DNA from: Tubiluchus corallicola
Taxonomy: Eukaryota > Animalia > Priapulida
Direction: 5' to 3'
NCBI GenBank assembly: GCA_030141605.1
Contig: JAQGDQ010000858.1
Coordinates: 23,151 to 87,150 of the forward strand
DNA: 64,000 nucleotides
The notes beneath the pieces are model-generated. The model had not been told where the DNA came from. It was given only the letters and a program-made list of their open reading frames with translations, and did not search any database. Both the position numbers and the translations under genes were made by a program. Shown one piece after another: positions 40,993 through 51,451 of the stretch (the first letter of the stretch is position 1; the number at the start of each line of letters is the position of its first letter).

Positions 40993-41757
40993 ATGATTAT
41001 AGACTCACACTCACATATCTATTTCAAAAACTTTGACGAAGACAGGGATGATGTCATCTTGCGTGCCATTAATGCGGGTGTGCACAAAATTATATTACCA
41101 AATATAGATACCCAGTCTATAGAGCCAATGCTTAAACTGGCAAGCGCCTTCCCTGAAACCTGCTTCCCTCTTATAGGGCTTCATCCAACGTATGTAAAAG
41201 AAAACTACAGGGAAGAACTTAAAACCATGACGAGATGGCTTGGCAAAAGAGACTTCTTCGGAATAGGAGAAACAGGTATTGATCTATATTGGGATAAATC
41301 ATTCCTAAAAGAGCAGATATTCGCTTTCAGGACTCAACTGGAACTGGCAAATGAATACAAACTCCCAGTCGTTATTCACATGCGCGACTCATTCGATGAA
41401 GTTATGAATACTTTAAACGAAGAAAAATGCCAAAATCTAAAAGGAGTTTTTCACAGTTTCTCAGGCTCACTTAGACAAGCTGAAAAAATTGTAGAAAAAG
41501 GATTCAAAATTGGAGTTAATGGCATTATCACCTTTAAAAACTCAGGGGTGGGAGAAGTAATACGGCAAATTCCTCTTCAAAATATACTTATTGAAACAGA
41601 CGCTCCATTCCTCGCTCCCGTACCACACAGGGGGAGCAGAAATGAAAGTGCCCACACAAAACTTATCGCAATGAAAATAGCAGAACTATACGAAACATCA
41701 TTCGAAAAGGTAGCGCAACAGACATCCAAAAATACAGAAGACATATTTGATATATAA
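40993..41757 (+). CDS. tatD: TatD-family hydrolase
   Basis: DSHSH, GLHP, GETGID, H.R, HSFSG, ETDAPFLAP.P.RG.RNE. Confidence 0.93.
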   Translation: MIIDSHSHIYFKNFDEDRDDVILRAINAGVHKIILPNIDTQSIEPMLKLASAFPETCFPLIGLHPTYVKENYREELKTMTRWLGKRDFFGIGETGIDLYWDKSFLKEQIFAFRTQLELANEYKLPVVIHMRDSFDEVMNTLNEEKCQNLKGVFHSFSGSLRQAEKIVEKGFKIGVNGIITFKNSGVGEVIRQIPLQNILIETDAPFLAPVPHRGSRNESAHTKLIAMKIAELYETSFEKVAQQTSKNTEDIFDI

Positions 41758-41808
41758 CAAATACTCTATCTCCATCCACCTAAAAACCCTTATACGGCTC
41801 AGACATAT

Positions 41809-42051
41809 GAGACATTTGCAAAACAAAAACTTGATCCGGGTTGAAAAATAGCCTAGTGAAAATCACAACTTACCGACATAAATGAGAGCACTTAAAAGGA
41901 CTTTAATAAAAAATATTAACAAAGAGATGAACAGATACCCTTGCAAACCAAAGTGTTTTGATTTAGATTGAGGAAAAATTCGATGAAAAAGCACTGATTG
42001 CTGAGGTAAAGCGAAAATATTAATAAATAAGATGAGTTTTGCAAAAGGCTC
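41809..42051 (+). repeat. Two tandem copies of the hairpin element (41809-41930 lacking the right IR; 41934-42051 internally deleted)
   Basis: GAGACATTTGCAAAAC...AAATGAG...AATATTAACAAAGAGATGA, then GATACCCTTGCAAACC...GATTGAGGAAAAATTCGATGAAAA...AAGATGAGTTTTGCAAAAGGCTC. Confidence 0.8.
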
Positions 42052-42073
42052 ACAACATAAAAACACAAAACTT

Positions 42074-43114
42074 ATGCCTCAAAAGGACAAGCCATCTATA
42101 CTAATATTGTACACTGGTGGAACAATAGGAATGAAGGAGAATCCTAAAACTAGAGTACTTGTTCCTATGAAATTCGAACAACTTCAGGAGGAGATTCCTG
42201 AACTGCACAAACTGGGCTACAACCTTTCATCAATAGCTTTTACACCTCCCATTGACTCATCAAATATTACAGTAGAAATATGGGGCAAAATTATCCGCAC
42301 CATAGAGGAAAACTACTCAAACTACGATGGCTTTGTCATACTACACGGAACAGATACAATGTCGTATACGGCATCTGCACTAAGCTATGCTTTTGAAAAC
42401 CTTGATAAGCCCGTAATCCTTACCGGATCACAGATTCCAATAGGAGTGTTGCGCACCGATGGAAAGGAAAACCTGATAACAGCCATAGAGATTGCTGCTG
42501 CCAAAAAGAGTGATGGGCTGCCTGTTGTCCCTGAAGTATGTGTATACTTTAGCTCCCGGCTTTTCAGAGGTAACAGAGTTACCAAAGAGGACTCCGAAGA
42601 ATTTAGCGCTTTCACATCACACAACTATCCTCCATTAGCCAGGGCAGGCGTTGAAATTGTATACGACTGCGAAAGAATAAACACTCCGGCTTACAGAAGC
42701 AGACTAAAAACCAATACCTCTTTCGATAATAATGTTGTCATACTGAAGCTATTCCCGGGTATCGGAAGAAAACAGTTTGAAGCTGTATTAAATACTGATG
42801 GCTTAAAAGGCGTTGTGCTGGAATCCTACGGATCTGGGAACATGCCTACCGCAGACTGGATGCTAAATGCCATTCAGAAAGCTATTTCAAAAGGAGTTGT
42901 ACTATTAAATGTATCTCAATGCCCAGGAGGTAGTGTTCAGATGGGACATTATGAAACAGGCGTTGAGTTCTCCAAGCTAGGAGTAGTTAGCGGTGGCGAC
43001 ATAACAGTTGAAGCTGCCGTTACCAAGCTAATGTTTTGCCTAGGACAGAAACTTACACCTCAGGAAACCGAAAAATATCTGAAGCTCAACCTTCGTGGAG
43101 AAATTAAAGATTAG
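42074..43114 (+). CDS. ansA: Type I L-asparaginase
   Basis: YTGGTIGM, DSS, HGTDTM.Y, TGSQ, RGNR..K, YGSGN, SQC. Probable start ATG 42074; the in-frame ATG at 42032 lies in the repeat. Confidence 0.94.
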   Translation: MPQKDKPSILILYTGGTIGMKENPKTRVLVPMKFEQLQEEIPELHKLGYNLSSIAFTPPIDSSNITVEIWGKIIRTIEENYSNYDGFVILHGTDTMSYTASALSYAFENLDKPVILTGSQIPIGVLRTDGKENLITAIEIAAAKKSDGLPVVPEVCVYFSSRLFRGNRVTKEDSEEFSAFTSHNYPPLARAGVEIVYDCERINTPAYRSRLKTNTSFDNNVVILKLFPGIGRKQFEAVLNTDGLKGVVLESYGSGNMPTADWMLNAIQKAISKGVVLLNVSQCPGGSVQMGHYETGVEFSKLGVVSGGDITVEAAVTKLMFCLGQKLTPQETEKYLKLNLRGEIKD

Positions 43115-43333
43115 TGCAGTAACATCTATATTTCTTACTTTAAACATCGTAATAGAACCCCACATAAGGGAATTTAATGTCAGCGCAATAAAACACTATA
43201 CTCAGTTTACTGAAAGTTTTTCGGTGGACACGCTAACCCGGATACTTACTGACCCTGAACCCCAATCTCAAACAAAATTCGGGGTAGTGATAAATTTAAG
43301 TAGCAAGTAGGTAAATAATAGTTCAACTTTTGG

Positions 43334-43341
43334 TAGATTTG
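43334..43341 (+). promoter_or_regulatory. -7 promoter element (TAGATTTG) for pruA
   Basis: TAnnTTTG match 50 nt upstream of the ATG. Confidence 0.5.
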
Positions 43342-43391
43342 CCTGACAAGATTATTAATACATATTCGACACTAAAAAAATTATCTCAGCC

Positions 43392-45026
43392 ATGTCAACA
43401 GGTTTCTTCAATGTACCCATCGCAAAAAATGAACTCGTAAAAACATATCTGCCAGGCTCCCCTGAGCGTACAGAGCTTAAAAATAAACTTTGCGAATTAC
43501 GTTCAAAAACAGTATCTCTTCCTATGATAATAGGCGGGGAAGAGGTGACAAGCAGCAAAAAAATTAACATATACCCCCCGCATGACATAAAACATCTGTT
43601 GGGTCATTACTACCAAGGAGACAAAACACATGTCAGCATGGCAATTGATGCAGCCATAAAAGCGCACACTTCATGGAGCATGATGTCGTGGCAACACAGA
43701 ATTGCAATATTTCTTAAAGCTGCTGACCTGCTGGCAGGACCCTATCGCTCTGAAATTAACGCAGCAACAATGCTGGGGCAGTCCAAAAATGTCTTCCAAT
43801 CCGAAATTGATGCAGCATGTGAGCTCGCTGACTTTTTCCGCTTTGGGGCAAAGTGCATTACAGATATTTACAACATGCAGCCAGAATCAGCTCCCGGCAT
43901 GTGGAACTATAATGAATTTCGCCCACTGGAAGGGTTCGTATTTGCTCTCACCCCTTTCAACTTCACATCTATAGCAGGGAATCTTCCTTCCGCTCCGGCA
44001 ATGATGGGGAATGTCTGCGTATGGAAACCATCAAAAACTGCAACATACTCTGCTGCAGTCATTATGAAAATACTGAGAGAAGCAGGATTGCCGGATGGCG
44101 TTATCAACTTAGTACATGTGTCGGGGCCAGACGCAGCCGATGTCATATTCAGCCACCCCGACTTTGCAGGCATCCATTTTACAGGCTCAACTGAGGTTTT
44201 TCAGAATATATGGAAAACAATTGGCGAAAACATTTATCGGTATAAAACCTACCCACGCATAGTTGGGGAAACAGGCGGTAAAGACTTTATCTTTGCTGAT
44301 ATAGCAGCCGATACACAAGCCCTGGCAACTGCCATTATTCGCGGAGGATATGAATATCAGGGGCAAAAATGTTCGGCAGCATCAAGGATCTACATACCTA
44401 AGAGTATCTGGGAGGATACGTGGCAAAGAATGCTGGCACAGCTCAAAAATTTAAAAATGGGAGGGCCTGAAAACTTCACCAACTTCATAAACGCTGTTAT
44501 TGATGAAACAACCTTTGATAAACTGGAAAGCTTTATCAGCCGTGCTAAAAAAAATGCAGATGCAGAAGTTATATACGGAGGAAATTGTGACAAAACGAAA
44601 GGATATTTTATCGAGCCAACCATTATACTTGCAAAAAAACCCGATTACGAAACAATGCAGGAGGAACTATTTGGGCCTGTAGTGACCATATACGTATATG
44701 ATGACGAAAAACTTGATGAAACACTGGATATCCTTGACAGCACCTCCATATATGGGCTTACTGGTGCAGTGTTCTCACAGAATCGTTACGCCATTGAAAA
44801 AATAACAAAACGATTGAGATACGCAGCAGGTAACTTCTATATTAATGACAAGCCCACCGGAGCAGTGGTCGGACAACAGCCATTTGGAGGCTCCAGAGGC
44901 TCAGGAACAAATGACAAAGCTGGTTCTATCTTTAATTTCCTGAGGTGGACATCAGTCAGAACTATTAAAGAGACATTTATTCCCTCTTATGACTTTATGT
45001 ATCCATGTTTCACAACCGATAAATAG
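43392..45026 (+). CDS. pruA: Delta-1-pyrroline-5-carboxylate (L-glutamate gamma-semialdehyde) dehydrogenase
   Basis: EIDAACEL.DF, PFNFT, FTGST, GETGGKDF, EYQGQKCSA, EELFGP, NDKPTGAVVGQQPFGG. Confidence 0.95.
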   Translation: MSTGFFNVPIAKNELVKTYLPGSPERTELKNKLCELRSKTVSLPMIIGGEEVTSSKKINIYPPHDIKHLLGHYYQGDKTHVSMAIDAAIKAHTSWSMMSWQHRIAIFLKAADLLAGPYRSEINAATMLGQSKNVFQSEIDAACELADFFRFGAKCITDIYNMQPESAPGMWNYNEFRPLEGFVFALTPFNFTSIAGNLPSAPAMMGNVCVWKPSKTATYSAAVIMKILREAGLPDGVINLVHVSGPDAADVIFSHPDFAGIHFTGSTEVFQNIWKTIGENIYRYKTYPRIVGETGGKDFIFADIAADTQALATAIIRGGYEYQGQKCSAASRIYIPKSIWEDTWQRMLAQLKNLKMGGPENFTNFINAVIDETTFDKLESFISRAKKNADAEVIYGGNCDKTKGYFIEPTIILAKKPDYETMQEELFGPVVTIYVYDDEKLDETLDILDSTSIYGLTGAVFSQNRYAIEKITKRLRYAAGNFYINDKPTGAVVGQQPFGGSRGSGTNDKAGSIFNFLRWTSVRTIKETFIPSYDFMYPCFTTDK

Positions 45027-45216
45027 TTAAAAAAACAGGGAAAACCCCACGATATGAATTTTCAAAGAAGCAGTATAATATAATATGCAAAAAGAAAAGT
45101 GATAGATTAACTCATCATATAACACTCCCACAACATGGATATTTACTTTGTTTCTTCAAAAAAATATACTTTATTTGAGGTTAATATGCTAATCAACCTA
45201 TAATTACTAAAAGTTT

Positions 45217-45519
45217 ATGAGACGTTTTTCTACAAAGTATATTTTAAAAACGCTTACCAACAAATATGCTATTGTGCTATTGGCATTTTTCGTGTGGACA
45301 ATATTTCTTCATGAGCATAACTTGCTCGAAATTAGGAATAGAAGAAAAAAGCTAGTTGAACTACAGACAGAAAATACCAACCTTGAAAATAAGATCGAAT
45401 CTGCAAAACGGGCTCTTGACGAGTTTAATCCCAATTCCACTAACAACAATGCAGAAGACTTTGCACGTGAATTGCTTATAATGAAGAAAAAAGATGAAGA
45501 CATTATATTAGTTGAATAG
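45217..45519 (+). CDS. FtsB/DivIC-like septum formation initiator
   Basis: NKY + one TM helix + coiled coil + E.FARE...MKK.DED. Confidence 0.8.
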   Translation: MRRFSTKYILKTLTNKYAIVLLAFFVWTIFLHEHNLLEIRNRRKKLVELQTENTNLENKIESAKRALDEFNPNSTNNNAEDFARELLIMKKKDEDIILVE

Positions 45520-45673
45520 TCCGCACATCCCCCCCCATTCTAATAGCCTTTAAGGCAATATTTTTTTCATTTTTACCTCATTTTATATGGTTTTTTTTTC
45601 ATATAATAGGATAAAGACTTTCATTTTTACAAAATTTTCCCTAATTTGATTATATAACCTAATAGGGATTAAC

Positions 45674-46258
45674 ATGCAACTGGATAATAATTTTTTCAAA
45701 ATAAACAGTAAAGTCTCCCCTAAACAAGGACGACTAATCATCTCTGAACCTTTTTTACCAGGGGACTATTTCAATCGCTCAGCTGTTCTACTAACGGAAT
45801 GCTCCGAAGGTGGAGCGATAGGCTTCATTCTTAATAAACCTATCGACTTTCCTGTCCATGAATTCTTTGATGAATTTTCGGACTTTAAAGCAAATATCTA
45901 TGCAGGAGGACCCGTGAGCACCAACGTTATTTATTTTATACACACACTGGGGGACAAGCTTAAAGATAGTATACCTATCATGGACAACCTCTACTGGGGA
46001 GGAGACTTTGAGACCCTGATGTCGCTAGTTAAAGACAAAAAGGTACAAAGCAACCAGATACGCTTTTTTCTGGGATATGCCGGGTGGGGAAAAGGACAGT
46101 TGGAAAATGAGATATTGGAAAACTCATGGCTAGTCATGGAAACAAATGCAAAAATGGTTATGGGAAGCAGTCATGACTTCTGGAGCGACTGCATGGATAA
46201 AATAGGGGGAAAATGTACCCTTTGGAAAAACTTCCCCGAAAACCCCGACTGGAACTAA
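45674..46258 (+). CDS. YqgE/AlgH family protein
   Basis: F.RS..L, GFILNKP, GGPV, FF.GYAGW..GQL..E....W. Confidence 0.92.
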   Translation: MQLDNNFFKINSKVSPKQGRLIISEPFLPGDYFNRSAVLLTECSEGGAIGFILNKPIDFPVHEFFDEFSDFKANIYAGGPVSTNVIYFIHTLGDKLKDSIPIMDNLYWGGDFETLMSLVKDKKVQSNQIRFFLGYAGWGKGQLENEILENSWLVMETNAKMVMGSSHDFWSDCMDKIGGKCTLWKNFPENPDWN

Positions 46259-47103
46259 GTTGTTCTGTGTGTACTCACAGCAATTTCTCTTAGCTTACCT
46301 GCAATATGCGCCGTTTTGTCGCTATAGTACCGCCTTTCCCCTAGCCCAAGCACTTTCTGTATCCCCAGCGAGTTGCTTATTAAAAACATCTCATCTGCAT
46401 TAAGCAAAGCATTAGCCTTTATACCTTCCTCTTCGCACAGGTTAAACCCGCTCTGCAAAACACTCTTCTTAACAACACTCATCAATGCAGGATAATAACC
46501 ACAGGCAGATACAGAAGGGAGATATACATTCCTGTCTTTTATTACTGCAAACGATGTCTCAATGCACTCACAAGCATAACCCTTCTCATTAAACAAAACC
46601 ATGTTATCCTTCGACCTCCTCTCCGCATCACCCCTCGCCAACCCCCAAATAAACCTGGACCCCACCTCAAAAGAGCTATATACCGTGTCGGACTTCCTCA
46701 CTTTCCCATAAAAATCAAGCAGTAAACCACGGTCTTCCAATGGATAGTAGCCACGAGGCACCTCTTTTGCAACCAATAAGTAACCTGTACCGCCCTTTCT
46801 CAAAAACAAATGCACAGTAACCTGCGCTGCCAGATAAAACTTATTCTTATTTAACAAACGAGACACATCCTTCATTAACCTGGCCCCGGAAGGATCAAAA
46901 TCTGCCGGCAATGGTATATCCAAAGAGTTGCATGCGAAACATATGCTAGTGTAATTACTATCCGCAAAAAGGATTTGATTATCCTCCGTGCGGAACAACT
47001 CTCTTACCCCGTACCATGAATAAATGGAATCATGTCCCGAAAAAAGAGGATCACCCTCCTTATGAAACTTCCCATTATATAGCAAATAACCACCTTTCAT
47101 CAC
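46255..47103 (-). CDS. Aminotransferase class IV (PabC-like) fold protein with degenerate active-site motifs
   Basis: NG N-terminus, N.KG..CE, .P...C, L..ADE.FL...GI..V pattern; expected catalytic Lys position reads E. Confidence 0.7.
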   Translation of the reverse strand: MMKGGYLLYNGKFHKEGDPLFSGHDSIYSWYGVRELFRTEDNQILFADSNYTSICFACNSLDIPLPADFDPSGARLMKDVSRLLNKNKFYLAAQVTVHLFLRKGGTGYLLVAKEVPRGYYPLEDRGLLLDFYGKVRKSDTVYSSFEVGSRFIWGLARGDAERRSKDNMVLFNEKGYACECIETSFAVIKDRNVYLPSVSACGYYPALMSVVKKSVLQSGFNLCEEEGIKANALLNADEMFLISNSLGIQKVLGLGERRYYSDKTAHIAGKLREIAVSTHRTT

Positions 47104-47113
47104 AAATATATGG

Positions 47114-47722
47114 TTACCACATAGAAGTGAGCTCCTCTAGAAAATCATAGAAAAAAGCAGGACGAAGAAGAATGGGAAATATAAAACCAAAAATTGCACC
47201 AAAAAAATGAGCATCATGCCCAATATTGTCCATCCCTCTCCTGCTCATCTGAAACGAGTAGCCCAGATATAGCACCCCAAAAATGATTCCGGGAATAGGT
47301 ATTATTCCAAAAAACAACACTTTGCCCCATGGGTTAAAAAGTATAGAAGCAAATAAAACAGCAGAAACAGCACCGGAAGCTCCCACTGCATTGTAAGAAT
47401 AGTCATCTTTGTGTTTGCGAAGCGACCAAAGACTTGAAACAACAGCTGCACCAAAGTAGAATAAAACAAAATAATATGTGCCGACACCTCCAAAATAATT
47501 AATAAAAGCACCTTCAACAACACCCCCAAATGACCAGAATACAAGCATGTTGATAATCAAATGTTCCCAGTTGGCATGCAAAAAAACATGAGAAACCAAC
47601 CGTAAATACTCTTTTTTGTGGTAAACCCGATAAGCATTAAACCGCAGCCTGTCTATCATGTTGTGCTGTGAAAATGCAACAACAGAAACTGCTACTGTAA
47701 CCAATATTATTATAGTATGCAT
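47114..47722 (-). CDS. Rhomboid intramembrane serine protease
   Basis: R.VSH.FLHA...HL..NM, GASG, AHFFGA.FG. Confidence 0.93.
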   Translation of the reverse strand: MHTIIILVTVAVSVVAFSQHNMIDRLRFNAYRVYHKKEYLRLVSHVFLHANWEHLIINMLVFWSFGGVVEGAFINYFGGVGTYYFVLFYFGAAVVSSLWSLRKHKDDYSYNAVGASGAVSAVLFASILFNPWGKVLFFGIIPIPGIIFGVLYLGYSFQMSRRGMDNIGHDAHFFGAIFGFIFPILLRPAFFYDFLEELTSMW

Positions 47723-47725
47723 ATA

Positions 47726-48730
47726 TTAAAAATATATTATCCTGTAGATCAACTCTTTTAACAACTCACCAGTATCAACACTCTCTCCTCTGGCCCCTTT
47801 CGAACGCAAATCATACTCCCTCAGCAAGGATATCGCATTTAACACCCCCGCCACATTATGCTTTTGTATTGCACTTAAATAGCCATCCACAAAATAGGGG
47901 CTTACTCCAATCTTTACAGCAACTACCCCTTTATCTCGCCTGTTACTTATAAAATGACAAACTAAAAGCTTCTTAAAATAAGAAAACAGTATCCCTAAAA
48001 TTACAGGAAACGGATGATTACGCTGATTTTCACCAAAGTATTTCACTATTCTGTTTGCCTTAAGCACATCCTTTCTCCCAATAGCATCCTGCAACTCAAA
48101 AGCATTGTAATCCTTACTAATCCCCACATTCTTTTCAACATCATCAGGAGTAATGCTTGTCCCCGGCGAAAGCGATATTATAACCTTTTCCAACTCATTA
48201 ACAATCCTTTTCAAATTGCTCCCCACATGCTCAACTATCATCTGTGAAGCACGAGGATCAATGCCATAATTGCGCTCTTTCAGATACTTAACAATCCATC
48301 CAGGTATACGGCTATCATACAGTGGTTTTGACTCAAAATATACCCCCTCTTTACTAATCGCCTTATATAGCTTTTTGCGCTTATCAATCTTTTTATGCTT
48401 ATAATTGACAACCAATATAGTAGACTTCATTGGCTTTTCAATATATGGAATCAGCCCATCTATATCTCTCATGCTCTGCGCCTCCCTTACTACAACAAGC
48501 CGGTATTCTGACATCATGGGATACCTCCTTGCCAACTCTATTACAGCCCCCGCATCAGCTTCCTTACCATAAATAATAGATTGATTAAACTCTTTCTCCA
48601 CGTCCGTAAGAACATTCTCCACAATAAAATCACTTATCTTATCAATGAAATAAGACTCCTCCCCCTCCAGAAAATATATGGGAGAGTACCTCCTGTTCTT
48701 AAGATTCGTCAATATACTATCAACATTCAT
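47726..48730 (-). CDS. holA: DNA polymerase III delta subunit
   Basis: PIYFL.GEESYFID, FNQ...YG, A.RYPMM, EAQ, ELEK, GISKDYN.FEL, D...KG. Confidence 0.92.
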   Translation of the reverse strand: MNVDSILTNLKNRRYSPIYFLEGEESYFIDKISDFIVENVLTDVEKEFNQSIIYGKEADAGAVIELARRYPMMSEYRLVVVREAQSMRDIDGLIPYIEKPMKSTILVVNYKHKKIDKRKKLYKAISKEGVYFESKPLYDSRIPGWIVKYLKERNYGIDPRASQMIVEHVGSNLKRIVNELEKVIISLSPGTSITPDDVEKNVGISKDYNAFELQDAIGRKDVLKANRIVKYFGENQRNHPFPVILGILFSYFKKLLVCHFISNRRDKGVVAVKIGVSPYFVDGYLSAIQKHNVAGVLNAISLLREYDLRSKGARGESVDTGELLKELIYRIIYF

Positions 48731-48733
48731 GAG

Positions 48734-49513
48734 CTAATCAAACCTATGATGTTTTACCGACTTCCTGTCATTTATTATCTCTGACAGCGACTCAACTCCC
48801 AAAGATAAATGCTCACGCACATACTCCTTTGTAACAGCTTTATCTCTCTCTGCTGTCTTCACACCTCCAGATATCATTGGCTGGTCAGAAACCAATAGCA
48901 AAGCCCCAGTAGGAATGTGGTTGCAAAACCCTACAGTAAAGATAGTTGCTGTCTCCATCTCAATAGCCATAGCCCTCGTCTTTCTCAGATACTTTTTAAA
49001 CCTGTCATCATACTCCCACACCCTTTTATTCGTAGTAAAAACAGTTCCTGTCCAATACTCCCGATCTCTTTTTATGATGGTGGAAGAAATTGCCCTTTGT
49101 AAGCTAAACGCCGGAAGAGCCGGTATCTCAGGCGGCAAGTAGTCATCTGAGGTACCATCGCTTCTTATAGCAGCAAGCGGAAGTATGAGATCACCTAAAC
49201 CATTCTTTCTCTTCAACCCCCCACACTTACCCAAAAACAGCACCGCCTCGGGCATTACAGCACTCAGAAGATCCATAACTGTCGCTGCATTAGGGCTCCC
49301 CATACCAAAATTAATAATCGTAATACCCTCTGCACTTGCATTAGGCATAGCGCTCTCCTCTCCCACAATACTAACATCAAACTTCTCAGCAAACATATCA
49401 ACATAATTCTGAAAGTTTGTGAGTAGCACATACTTGCTAAAATCACCCAAAGCCCGCCCTGTATATCTTGGCAGCCAGTCCTCAACTATCTCTTGCTTAG
49501 TATTCATTTTCAC
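48734..49513 (-). CDS. amn: AMP nucleosidase (Bacteroidota short type)
   Basis: WLPRYTG, LLTNF, NFGMGS.NAAT, LGKCGG, EMETAT, LLVSD.P. Confidence 0.92.
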   Translation of the reverse strand: MKMNTKQEIVEDWLPRYTGRALGDFSKYVLLTNFQNYVDMFAEKFDVSIVGEESAMPNASAEGITIINFGMGSPNAATVMDLLSAVMPEAVLFLGKCGGLKRKNGLGDLILPLAAIRSDGTSDDYLPPEIPALPAFSLQRAISSTIIKRDREYWTGTVFTTNKRVWEYDDRFKKYLRKTRAMAIEMETATIFTVGFCNHIPTGALLLVSDQPMISGGVKTAERDKAVTKEYVREHLSLGVESLSEIINDRKSVKHHRFD

Positions 49514-49636
49514 ATCCTGTGTAACACTTGAAAAGTAGAATATCTCCCAACAAATTTACCCGCTTTTTTCTTTTAACCGTTCAAAACAGAAAAAATAAAA
49601 ACTAAATTTGTCCAAAGAATCATAAATAAACCCGGA

Positions 49637-50098
49637 GTGCAGCTAAACTTTCCCACATACTCATTTAAGACTAAAACCAAAAATAACAAAAAATTTATTT
49701 TTGACTTTTGCAGAAAAAAGTGGGTACTATTAACCCCTGAAGAGTGGGTGAGGCAAAACACTATAGAATACTTGGTAGAAGAGAAAGGGTACCCTAAATC
49801 TCTAATCGCTGTTGAAATGTCAATGCACATCTACAAACAAAAATTCAGAAGTGATATTATTCTGTTTAGCAAAAAAGGGACACCTTTAATGATTGTTGAA
49901 TGTAAAGCGCCCAATATCTCTATTACTCAAAAAACTTTCGACCAAATAGCCCACTATAATATGCAATACGGTGCAAAATACCTTTTGGTTACAAACGGAC
50001 TAAAGCACTATTGCTGTCATATAACAGAAAAAGGGAAAAATAACTCTTATGAATTTGTCCCCGATATCCCATGCTATAACAAAATTAATCCTCATTAA
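49637..50098 (+). CDS. Stand-alone type I restriction HsdR N-terminal-domain protein
   Basis: TPEEWVRQ, R.DI, ECKAP, FDQIA.YN, TNG; divergent from amn-holA; promoter-like TAAATTTG at 49603-49610. Confidence 0.85.
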   Translation: MQLNFPTYSFKTKTKNNKKFIFDFCRKKWVLLTPEEWVRQNTIEYLVEEKGYPKSLIAVEMSMHIYKQKFRSDIILFSKKGTPLMIVECKAPNISITQKTFDQIAHYNMQYGAKYLLVTNGLKHYCCHITEKGKNNSYEFVPDIPCYNKINPH

Positions 50099-50615
50099 TA
50101 AGCTGTAGAAAAATCTCACTTCCCCAGCCGGAAGATGTTCGCAGCCAATCTCTCTTTGTCCCGGAAACCTTAAACCCGAATCGCTGGAATAACTTCAAAC
50201 TTGCGCTATTCCCCTCACTTACTCCTGCATATAGCTGATGTAAGCCCAACCTGCCAAAACAATAATATATAAGCAACTGCAAGGCTTGTGATGCATACCC
50301 ATTTACACGGTCCTTTTTTCGATAAATAAGTATACCTATACCGGCTCTCATGCTGTGGGGATCAAAATCAAAAATATCTATAGCACCCACAGTCTTCCCT
50401 TCACTATTGTCTATCATAAACCGCAATTGACGGGTCTCATATATATCCTTATCAGAGTTTTTAATGTACATAGCCAATATGTACCTGGAAAGCGGCGCCA
50501 ACGCATTACTTACCTTCCATACCTCACTATCATTTTCCCACTCATATAGCAGCTCAACATCCTCAGGCTCAATTGCTCTAAGGCTTACAAACTCATTTCT
50601 TAAATAACTACCCAT
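50085..50615 (-). CDS. GNAT (RimJ/RimL-like) N-acetyltransferase
   Basis: LRA.EPED...LY.WEND, GI.I...R..GYA, N.AS.KLF...GF. Confidence 0.88.
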   Translation of the reverse strand: MGSYLRNEFVSLRAIEPEDVELLYEWENDSEVWKVSNALAPLSRYILAMYIKNSDKDIYETRQLRFMIDNSEGKTVGAIDIFDFDPHSMRAGIGILIYRKKDRVNGYASQALQLLIYYCFGRLGLHQLYAGVSEGNSASLKLFQRFGFKVSGTKRDWLRTSSGWGSEIFLQLINED

Positions 50616-50658
50616 CTGTTACTCCCAACATATAATAATTACCTTAACCTCAAACCTG

Positions 50659-51297
50659 CTACTCCCCACTAGAGTTACAGAACGACCTCTCAAACAATAA
50701 CCTATCAACTATTGACCGCCCCAAAGTTATCTCGTCTATATACTCCAACTCATCTCCGGTAGAAACTCCTCTGGCCAATGTCGTTACTGTAACATCCTTA
50801 TCTTGCAACTTTCTGAAAATATAGAAATTGGTACTATCTCCCTCCATAGTTGTACTAAGTGCCAGAACCACCTCATCAACCCCTCCATCATCAACTCTTT
50901 TTACTAAAGAATCAATTTCCAGCTCCGAAGGCCCCACCCCATCCATAGGAGAAATAATACCTCCCAGCACATGGTACGAGCCACGAAACTGATGTGTATT
51001 TTCAATCGCCATAACATCCCGAATGTTTTCAACAACACAGACAATACGCTTATTACGTGATGGATTGCTACATATATTACAAACATCAGTATCCGAAATA
51101 TTACGGCAAATCCTGCAATGCTTAACCTCTCTGCGCAGCCTCAATACCGCCATGCTAAACCTCTCAACACAATCCTTGTTTTGCCTCAATAAGTGCAAAA
51201 CAAGCCTTAAAGCCGACTTCTTTCCTACTCCCGGCAGCTTTGAAAACTCTGCTACAGCATCTTCCAACAGACCGGAAGGATAATTATCTACGAACAT
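50659..51297 (-). CDS. recR: Recombination mediator RecR
   Basis: LPGVG.KSA.R, C..C.N....C..C zinc finger, YHVLGG.ISP.DG, T.EG..T, G.ELEY.D..TL. Confidence 0.96.
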   Translation of the reverse strand: MFVDNYPSGLLEDAVAEFSKLPGVGKKSALRLVLHLLRQNKDCVERFSMAVLRLRREVKHCRICRNISDTDVCNICSNPSRNKRIVCVVENIRDVMAIENTHQFRGSYHVLGGIISPMDGVGPSELEIDSLVKRVDDGGVDEVVLALSTTMEGDSTNFYIFRKLQDKDVTVTTLARGVSTGDELEYIDEITLGRSIVDRLLFERSFCNSSGE

Positions 51298-51451
51298 AAA
51301 TCTCTTGTATCAATATTTTCAGCATCAAAAGTAACAAGCGGGGCTCAAAAAGAAAAAAGAAAGAGATTAAACCTTTCAACACATTTACACATCCAAGTAA
51401 TTATAAAACTCTTTGAAAAATAATTTAGTAACTAAATGTAAAAACGTTTTT

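Noticed and set aside
43245-43290. Weak hairpin ACTGACCCTGAA...TTCGGGGTAGT upstream of pruA as a REP element or riboswitch
   Set aside because: Single imperfect copy with no recognisable aptamer motif
49637-50098. HsdR N-terminal-domain gene as a restriction/defence system
   Set aside because: No hsdM, hsdS or helicase motor nearby; this stand-alone gene beside holA is a common Bacteroidota core arrangement
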